The position numbers and the translations under genes are program-made. A stretch of DNA of 64,000 nt, taken from NCBI GenBank assembly GCA_009914755.4, contig CP086569.2:13728001-13792000 (forward strand), read 5' to 3'. This document shows positions 55,146 through 64,000 of the stretch, piece by piece. The notes beneath the pieces are model-generated. The model was not told the origin of the DNA, did not search any database, and saw only the letters and a program-made list of their open reading frames with translations. Each line of letters opens with the position of its first letter. Positions within the stretch are counted from its first letter, which is position 1. Origin of the DNA: the human T2T-CHM13v2.0 reference genome, Homo sapiens.

Positions 55146-55266
55146 GTAATCCCAGCACTCTAAAAGGCTCACTTGAGCCCCAGGAGTTTGAGACCAGCTT
55201 GGGCAACACACCAAGACCCTATATCTATTTTTTTAAAAAAAAGAAAGAAAAAGAAGAAAGAAAATA
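55146..55266 (+). mobile_element. Alu left-monomer-like fragment with an A-rich tail
   Basis: cccagcactctaaaaggctcacttgagccccaggagtttgagaccagcttgggcaacac...tttttttaaaaaaaagaaagaaaaag. Confidence 0.45.
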
Positions 55267-56998
55267 AATTTTATAAATATGAAAAAGAATAATTATGCTG
55301 TTATAGGTCAAAATGCTAGTGATCCCTGGGATTAATAACTGGAAGAGTAGCCAGAGGGGGTCTTTTGGAGTTCTGGTTGTGTCACATTTCTGGCTCATGG
55401 GTGCTGGTTTCAAAGAGGTGTTTACTCTGAAAATTTGTAGAGCTATGTGTTTGTGATTTGTTCACTTTTTTGCATTGACAGTATTATGTCTATGAAATTT
55501 ACATTAAAATAAAAATGCATACCTACAAAATAATGGCTGTTTTGGAAGTACTTATGAAAATAAGTATATATAAATGATTGCTTACCTATATGGGACAAGG
55601 AAGTGGAAGTGGAAAATGGAGATAAGAGAAAACAAACCCACAAGGTGCCAGGTGTGCACAAGTCATGATAATATTTCATTAACAGGAGAGTGTTATTAAG
55701 AATCTCTGCACCTGATAACAAAAGAAAAAGAAATAGAGAGAGGAGGAAAGGAAGGAAGAATGAGAAAAGCTAAACTCTGCTTTTCTCTCTCAGAGAGACT
55801 CACTGTAGAACTTTATTTGTGTGTGTGTGTTTTTTTTTTTTGAGATTGAATTTACTAAGAGATTAGTGATTCCCCCACCTACACATCCCAGGAAGAAACC
55901 TAGTGATTGCTTAGAAGTGCACAAGACCATGAGGGAGTCTGGCCTGTCTAACATTGGCTACTCCGGTCAATAGCTTTGTCTGCCTCAAAAACTTCATGGT
56001 GGGGAAAGTTGCAATCTAATAAAAATCTAGGGAAACAGCATTTGACGAGTTAAAACTAAACTGATATGTACTTTAAAGAGCCTTCAATTTTTTTTTACCA
56101 GAGTAGTTTTCACACTTTAGTTACATGAGGATCACCTGAAAAGTCTGATAAAGAACCAAGTGCTGCCTGCTGTCCTCCCATATTTTCCATGATACTGTAT
56201 GTCTAGGATAGAAAATAAGAATTTGCATTTCTAAATTCTCAGTGATGCTATATAGTGCCACATTTTAAGAACCATCACTATATTGCCTTCAAAAATTAAA
56301 AGAGAAGAGATGAAGCAAAGTTGTTGGTCATTTCTGATTAGTAATTCTTGTTCTTTGGAACCTGCCCCAAGTTCCGGCAGGCTGATGCCCCTCAACTAAG
56401 TAACATAGGCTGAGAAACAGAACCAATCCCTTGGTTTTAGCAGGAATAGTGCAAAGGAAAATTAGAAAATTTTGAATTGTGAGGCTGGCAATAGCTCACA
56501 TATTACTCTGGATATCCATTTCACTCTTCATTCGGCTCAAGAGGTGATGGTTTGAGCTTTCAGGTAAGAAATTGGAACTGCAGCCCAGTTCATTTTCAGT
56601 GGTAGTCTCAGGGAAACATGAGAGTCAAAGAAAGCAGTTCCCTCAGTAATTATATTCTGATCCTATTCAAAGAAAGAATATAGCATAGAAGATCAGCAAA
56701 GAGTCTAGATCATCACTCCACAAACTTTTTCACACTGCAGCATACTCAGGAAATGGTAATATTTGTACATCTCACTGGAGTAAATTGCAAAGGATATGTC
56801 AGGGTCTATGAAGGACTGCCTAAAATAAAGTGAATGATACAGTTTTATTTTTGTTATGTAGTTATGCTAATAAAATGTTGGAAAAGATATTAAGTATCAA
56901 ACTGGTATAAAACTTGCAAAAGAAGCTATTATAAAATATACAATCATTAGCTTTTCAAAAGCTGCTCAACATAACTCAGCACTAGAGAAATGCAAATA

Positions 56999-57610
<612 letters not shown>

Positions 57611-58368
57611 GCGCTAATAAAACCACAATAATATACCAGTTTACATCTCCATTAAGACAGGTATTATCAAAACAATGAAAAATAAGTGCTGGGAAGGATA
57701 TAGAGAAATAAGAAAGAGTCATGTACTATTGGTGAAAAATGTAAACTGGTGCAGGTGCTATGGAAAACAGCATGATAATGTCTCAGAAAAATTAAAAATA
57801 CAATTACCATATGATCCAGCAATTTCACTTCTGGATATATATACCTGAAAGAATTGAAAGCAGGCACTTGAAGAGATACTTCATAGCGCATTATGTCACA
57901 GTAGCCTAAATGTAGAAGCAATCCAAGTGGCCATGTCAGAAGAATGGATAAACAAAATATAGTATAGCATACATTAGAACATTATTCAGCCTTAACAAGG
58001 AAGGAAAATCTGACACATACTACATCACGCAACAGCCTTGGTAACATTAGGCTAAGTAAAACAAGCCAGTCACAAAAAGACAAATACTGCAGGTTTTCAC
58101 ATATGTGAAGTACATAGGGGAGTCAAAATCATAAGAGATAGAAAGTAGGAGACAGAATGCCAAGGACTAAGTGAGAGGTTAATATTGTACAGAGTTAGTG
58201 TTTAATGTGTACAGAGTTTCAGTTTGGGTGATGAAAAATTTCTGGAAATAGATAGTGGTGATCATTGCATAACAATGTGAATGTCTTTAATGCCACTGAA
58301 TTATACACTTTAAATGATTCAAATGGTCAATTTTATGCAGTTTTACCACCACTTAACAAACATATACC

Positions 58369-59863
58369 TCTCCCTCCCCCTCCCCCTGCCCCTCTCCCTC
58401 TCCCTCTCCCCACAGTCTCCCTCTCCCTCTCTTTCCACAGTCTCCCTCTGATGCCGAGCCAAAGCTGGACTGTACTGCTGCCATCTCGGCTCACTGCACC
58501 CTCCCTGCCTGATTCTCCTGCCTCAGCCTGCTGAGTGCCTGCGATTGCAGGCGCGCGCCGCCACGCCTGACTGGTTTTCGTATTTTTTTGGTGGAAACGG
58601 GGTTTTGCTGTGTTGGCCAGCCTGGTCTCCAGCTCCTAACCGCGAGTGATCCGCCAGCCTCGGCCTCCCGAGGTGCCGGGATGGCAGACGGAGTCTGGTT
58701 CACTCAGTGCTCAATGGTGCCCAGGCTGGAGTGCAGTGGCGTGATCTCGGCTCGCTACAACCTCCACCTCCCAGCAGCCTGCCTTGGCCTCCCAAAGTGC
58801 CGAGATTGCAGCCTCTGCCCGGCCCCCACCCCGTCTAGGAAGTGAGGAGCCTCTCCGCCTGGCCGCCCATCATCTGGGATGTGAGGAGCCCCTCTGCCTG
58901 GCTGCCCAGTCTGGAAAGTGAGGAGCGTCTCTGCCAGGCCGCCCATCGTCTGAGATGTGAGGAGCGCCTCTGCCCTGCCATCCCGTCTGGGATGTGATGA
59001 GCGTCTCTGCCCGGCCGCCCCGTCTGAGAAGTGAGGAGACCCTCTGCCTGGCAACCGCCCCGTCTGAGAAGTGAGGAGCCCCTCCGCCCGGCAGCCACAC
59101 CGTCTGAGAAGTGAGGAGCGTCTCCGCCCGGCAGCCACCCACTCCGGGAGGGAGGTGGTGGGGTCAGCCCCCCGCCCGGCAGCCGCCCCGTCCCGGAGGG
59201 AGGTGGGGGGGTCAGCCCCCGCCCGGCCAGCCGCCCTGTCCTGGAGGTGAGGGGAGCCTCTGCCCGGCCGCCCCTCCTGGGAAGTGAGGAGCCCCTCTGC
59301 CCGGCCACCACCCCGTCTGGGAGGTGTACTCAACAGCTCATTGAGAACGGGCCATGATGACAATGGCGGTTTTGTGGAATCGAAAGCGGGGAAAGGTGGG
59401 GAAAGATTGAGAAATCGGATGGTTGCCGTGTCTGTGTAGAAAGAGGTAGACATGGGAGACTTTTCATTTTGTTCTGTGCTAAGAAAAATTCTTCTGCCTT
59501 GGGATCCTGTTGATCTGTGACCTTACCCCCAACCCTGTGCTCTCTGAAACATGTGCTGTGTCCACTCAGGGTTGAATGGATTAAGGATCGTGCAAGATGT
59601 GCTTTGTTAAACAGATGCTTGAAGGCAGCATGCTCGTTAAGAGTCATCACCGCTCCCTAATCTCAAGTACCCAGGGACACAATCACTGCGGAAGGCCGCA
59701 GGGTCATCTGCCTAGGAAAACCAGAGACCTTTGTTCACTTGTTTATCTGCTGACCTTCCCTCCACTATTGTCCTGTGACCCTGCCAAATCCCCCTTTGCG
59801 AGAAACACTCAAGAATGATCAATAAAAAAATAAAAATAAAAAATAAAAAACAAACAAACAAAC
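58369..59863 (+). mobile_element. SVA composite retrotransposon (hominid-specific): (CCCTCT)n hexamers 58369-58440, antisense Alu-like region 58440-58830, GC-rich VNTR 58830-59320, truncated SINE-R 59320-59820, A-rich tail 59820-59863; TSD acaaacatata on both flanks
   Basis: tctccctccccctccccctgcccctctccctctccctctcc, then ...gatgccgagccaaagctggactgtactgctgccatctcggctcactgcaccctccctgcctgattctcctgcctcagcctgctgagtgcctgcgattgcaggcgcgcgccgccacgcctgactggttttcgtatttttttggtggaaacgggg...; VNTR units ...gaggagcgtctctgcccggccgccc(c/a)tcgtctgagatgtgag...; SINE-R ...cagctcattgagaacgggccatgatgacaatggcggttttgtggaatcgaaagcggggaaaggtgggg...tgcttgaaggcagcatgctcgttaagagtcatcaccgctccctaatctcaagtacccagggac...gatcaataaaaaaataaaaataaaaaataaaaaac. 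Flanks aacaaacatatacc at 58354-58367 and aacaaacaaacatataatg at 59850-59868. Confidence 0.85.
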
Positions 59864-60392
59864 ATATAATGATCAGTATTTTATGACACAACTATAATAT
59901 ATTCCCAGCACATAGTGATGACATTCTCTTTGGGAAGCTCAGGTCTAGATATCACACATCCAGACAGCAAAAATTTGGGAATGTCCAGCTTGTCAAGAAC
60001 ACGAGACAAATTTGGCTAAAAGAACTCTGCCTGTGGTTCACCATTGAGGGAGAAAATCAAAGCTCTGCAGATATTGTGTCCTGGCTGATACGAAGTATTC
60101 TTTCAGGCTGAAGTACTCCTGGGCCCTCATTCTACATTTGCTGTTTGACTTCAGGTTAATTATCACTTAGTAAATCAGAAAACTAAATCGTAAGTCTCAG
60201 GCTTACATAACAGCCTCCAAGTTTCTTTGAGAAAGCTTTCTTTAGGGTCCTAGTCCTATGTCTCCACTTCCTGCTGTGCAATGGATAGTCACCTGCAGGA
60301 ATTTAAGGGAGAACAGAATCTCTTGCAAAAAGTATCAGGAATTCCTTTGCCATTTATTTGCCACAAATTTTCTCATGATTTTTTCTTTCTGA

Positions 60393-60488
60393 TTCGGAGT
60401 CTTGCTCTGTTGCCAGGCTGGAGTGCAATGGTGTCATCTCGGCTCACTGCAACCTCTGTCCCCAGCCCCGGGTTCAGGTGATCCTCCT
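60393..60488 (-). mobile_element. Short Alu fragment (antisense 5' portion)
   Basis: ttctgattcggagtcttgctctgttgccaggctggagtgcaatggtgtcatctcggctcactgcaacctctgtccccagccccgggttcaggtgatcctcc. Confidence 0.6.
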
Positions 60489-60664
60489 ATCCACTTTAGC
60501 TTTCTCAGACTCTGATACCAGTCTCCTGAAACTCCAAACTGCAAGAATCACATTTCAGGACTCTCCAAGTGATCTGCTGTATGTGTGTACTCATCTTAAG
60601 CCTACTTTTTTTTGTCTCAACTACTACTGAAACAATCTGATATGAATATAACCTGACAATATTC

Positions 60665-61390
<726 letters not shown>

Positions 61391-61478
61391 AACTGTACTT
61401 TTCTGTATTACTGTACTTTACTGTAGCCAGCTGTAACACAATAGTATTTGTGTATCTAAACATAGAAAAGATACAGCA

Positions 61479-61772
61479 TGCTGGGCACAGTGGCTTATGC
61501 CTGTAATCCCAGCAATTTGGGAGGCTGAGGCTGGCGGATCACAAGGTCAGGAGATCGAGACCATCCTGGCCAACATGGTGAAACCCCGTGCTATTAAAAA
61601 TACAAAATTTAGCTGGGTGTGGCGGCATGCACCTGTAATTCTAGCTGCTCAGGAGGCTGAAGCAGGAGAATCGCTTGAACCCAAGACGAGGAGATTGCAG
61701 TGAGCTGAGATTGAACCACTGTATTCCAGTCTGGGTGACAGAGTGAGATTCCATCTTAAAAAAAAAAAAAAA
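61479..61772 (+). mobile_element. Alu SINE with an 11-bp target-site duplication
   Basis: catgctgggcacagtggcttatgcctgtaatcccagcaatttgggaggctgaggctggcggatcacaaggtcagg ... poly-A at 61757-61772. TSD aaaagatacag at 61466-61476 and 61776-61786. Confidence 0.9.
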
Positions 61773-62492
61773 GGAAAAGATACAGTAAAAATATGGTATT
61801 ATAATATGATGTGGGATCCACTGTTGACCAAAATGTCATTATGCAGTGCATGACTATATCTCCTGGAAGTGGAATCATATATTTGCCTACACATGGAATA
61901 ATACACTGTGTCTTTGTGACTGGCTTATTTCACTTAGCATAATATCATCAAGGTTCATCTGTGCTATGGCATAGTGCAGAATTTCCCTCCTTTTTAAGGC
62001 TAAGTTAAGGCTGGTTCTATTGTGCATATACTATATTTTGCTATCTATTCATCAATAAACATTTGGATTGCTTCCACATTTTAGTTATTGTGAATAATGC
62101 TGCTGTGAACACTAGTGTATACAACTATTTCATCAAGATTCTGCTTTTAATTGTTTAAGTATATATCCAGAAGAGGAACTGCTGGAGCAAATTGTAATTT
62201 TATTTTTTTTTTTTTGAGGAATCACTATATTGTTTTCCATAATGGCTTTACCATTTTACCCAACAATGCACAAAATTTCAATTTCTCCACATTCTCACCA
62301 ACACTTATTTTCTGTTTTTATTTTATATTATAGTAGCTATTGTAATACATGTGAAGAAATAGCTCATTGTAGTTTTATTTCCATTTCATTAATAGTGATG
62401 CTGAGTACCTGTTTATGTGCCTATTGGCCATTTTTATATCTTTTTGAAGAAAGCTCTCTTCAAGCCCTTCATTCTGGGGGGTGCCTTATTTT

Positions 62493-62786
62493 AATTTTTA
62501 TTTTTTTGGAGATTGGGTTTTGCTCTGTCGCTGAAGCTGGAGTGCAGTGGCATGATCATGGCTCACTGCAGCCTCAGACTCCTGGGCTCAGGTGATTCTC
62601 TTGACTCAGCCTCCCCAGTAGCTGTGACTATAGGCATGTGCCACCACATCCAGCTACTTTTTAAATTTTTTATAGGGATAGGGTCTCACTGTGTTACCGA
62701 GTCTGCTCTTGAACTCCTGAACTCAAGCAATCTCCAGCCTCGACCTCCCAAAGCACTGGGATTACAGGCATGAGACACCATTGCCT
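62493..62786 (-). mobile_element. Alu SINE (antisense) nested in the old L1
   Basis: tttttttggagattgggttttgctctgtcgctgaagctggagtgcagtggcatgatcatggctcactgc ... ends gattacaggcatgagacaccattgcctg. Confidence 0.85.
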
Positions 62787-63449
62787 GTGCCTATAGTGTC
62801 ATATCCAAGAAATCATTGCCACATCCAATGTCGTGAAGCTCTGCCCTATGTTTTCTTCTAAAAGTTTTATAGTTAGATCTTATGTTTAGATCTTTGATTC
62901 ATTTTAAGTTAATTTTTGCATGCAACATTTGTTAAGTTCCAACTTCACTTTTTTGCAGATTTCCAGTTTCTCCAGTGCTTTTTTGAAAATGCCGTTACTT
63001 CCCATTGAATAATGTTGTCAAAAATTATCTAACTATTTATGTGAAGGTTTATTTCTAGGCTTTCTATTCCATTGGCTCATATGTCTGTCTTATGCCAGTA
63101 CCATGTTGTTTTGATTACTAAAGCTTTGTAGAAAGTTTTGAAATCAGGAAGTGTGAGTCCTTCAGTTTTGTTCTTTTTCCGGATTGTGTTGGCTACTATT
63201 CAGCATCCCTTGCATTTTATATGAATTTTAATATTAGTTTTTCCATATTTACAAAAGAAAGTTATTGAGATTTTTATACGGATCACACTGAATCTGTAGA
63301 TCTTTGGGTAGTATTAACACCTTCATAGAACTAAGTCTTACAATTTATGAATGTAAGATATGTTCCCATTTATTTATGTCTGCTTTAACTTCTTTCATCA
63401 ATGTTTCATAGTTTTCCCCGAATAAGTCCTTCATCTTCTTGGTTGAGTT

Positions 63450-63625
63450 ACTACCTAAATAAAATACTTAAATATTTTAAATATGTAAGTAATTAGTATA
63501 TAAAATACCTAAGTATTTTAAATACCTAAGTAGTTAGTATATAAAATACCTAAGTAGTTAGTATTAAATATTAAAATACCTAAATATCTTAAATACCTAA
63601 GTATTTTATTTAGCTATTAAAATTA
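63450..63625. repeat. AT-rich tandem array (~24-32-bp units, ~5 copies) expanded from L1-internal sequence
   Basis: Repeated aaatacctaagtagttagtatataaaatacctaagta... units; corresponds to L1 consensus ...ttattcctaggtattttatt... expanded in tandem. Confidence 0.5.
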
Positions 63626-63899
63626 ATGAAATAAAATAGTATTTTATTTTATTCTAATGTTTGTGGACTTGTTTTTGTAATTTTCTTTTCAAATTATTCA
63701 TTGTTACTATATAGAAATCCAACTAATTTTTTGTATGAACTTAGTGTGTGTTGCTTTGCTGAATTTAATTATTAGCTCTAACAGTGCTTTTGTGGAGTCA
63801 TTAGGTCTTTTTTTACGTATAAGATACCATCTGGAAAATAGAGATCATTTTACTTTTTTCTCCCAAATTGGATGCCTTATTATTTATTTCTTTATTTTT

Positions 63900-64000
63900 A
63901 TTTATTTAATTAACTTTTGGAGGCACATTCTCACTGTGTTGCCCAGGCTGGAGTGTAGTGATGTGATTACACCTCACTGCAGCCCCAGCCTCCTCCGGCT
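63900..64000 (-). mobile_element. 5'-most ~100 bp of an antisense Alu truncated by the window edge
   Basis: tttatttatttaattaacttttggaggcacattctcactgtgttgcccaggctggagtgtagtgatgtgattacacctcactgcagcc. Confidence 0.7.

Larger units (their letters stand above)
61790..63895 (-). mobile_element. Old L1 (L1M/L1PB-class) 3' region, antisense, with a nested Alu (62493-62786) and an internal AT-rich tandem array
   Basis: ...ggaatcatatatttgcctacacatggaataatacactgtgtctttgtgactggcttatttcacttagcataatatcatcaaggttcatctgtgctatggcatagtgcagaatttccctcctttttaaggctaag...ttccataatggctttaccattttacccaacaatgcacaaaatttcaatttctccacattctcaccaacacttattttctg...; after the Alu: ...gtgtcatatccaagaaatcattgcc...ccagtaccatgttgttttgattactaaagctttgtagaaagttttgaaatcaggaagtgtgagtccttcagttttgttctttttcc...catctggaaaatagagatcattttacttttttctcccaaattggatgcc. 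Confidence 0.65.

Noticed and set aside
58830-59320. Regularly spaced 37-40-bp direct repeats that superficially resemble a CRISPR array
   Set aside because: This is eukaryotic primate DNA. The units are contiguous with no unique spacers and they correspond to the SVA VNTR module.
58755-59453. Long minus-strand ORFs (232 aa, 158 aa, 90 aa) rich in Arg/Gly/Pro/Ala
   Set aside because: They lie entirely in the GC-rich VNTR of the SVA element. The ORFs are a low-complexity artefact of tandem 37-40-bp repeats. They have no start context and are not a gene.

Overview
This window is hominid, almost certainly human, nuclear DNA. It is not prokaryotic, and it shows no operon, defence-system or CRISPR-like organisation. 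Its backbone is the 3' third of a ubiquitin-specific peptidase 9 gene (USP9Y/USP9X family) on the + strand. Thirteen consecutive coding exons run from 13964 to the TGA stop at 39688-39690. All have canonical AG/GT splice sites and phase-consistent junctions. Together they encode the C-terminal part of the USP catalytic domain and the C-terminal tail. The catalytic part carries the His-box GGHYYSYI and the AYILFYE motif. A 3' UTR of about 1.4 kb follows, with an AATAAA signal at 41097-41102 and a GU-rich downstream element. The encoded protein differs from my recollection of USP9X at roughly 9% of positions. Examples are ...[25 protein letters not shown] and KLNVPATF. That pattern favours the Y-linked gametolog USP9Y, but I cannot confirm this without a database. 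Everything else is interspersed repeat. There are about 45 Alu insertions, several with clean target-site duplications. A near-full-length antisense L1PA of 6.2 kb sits inside the 9-kb intron between exons 27513-27601 and 36614-36770. At least five older L1 fragments carry nested Alu and MaLR-LTR insertions. A hAT-Charlie (MER1-like) DNA transposon sits inside an Alu. A hominid-specific SVA element lies 19 kb downstream of the gene. There are also microsatellites, (TTCC)n and (CT)n(CA)n, and two perfect intronic hairpin repeats. I found no novel biological system. The observations most worth follow-up are the two perfect intronic hairpins, the intronic antisense L1, the Alu cluster with a pure 44-nt poly(A) tail, the SVA, and the X-versus-Y identity of the gene.
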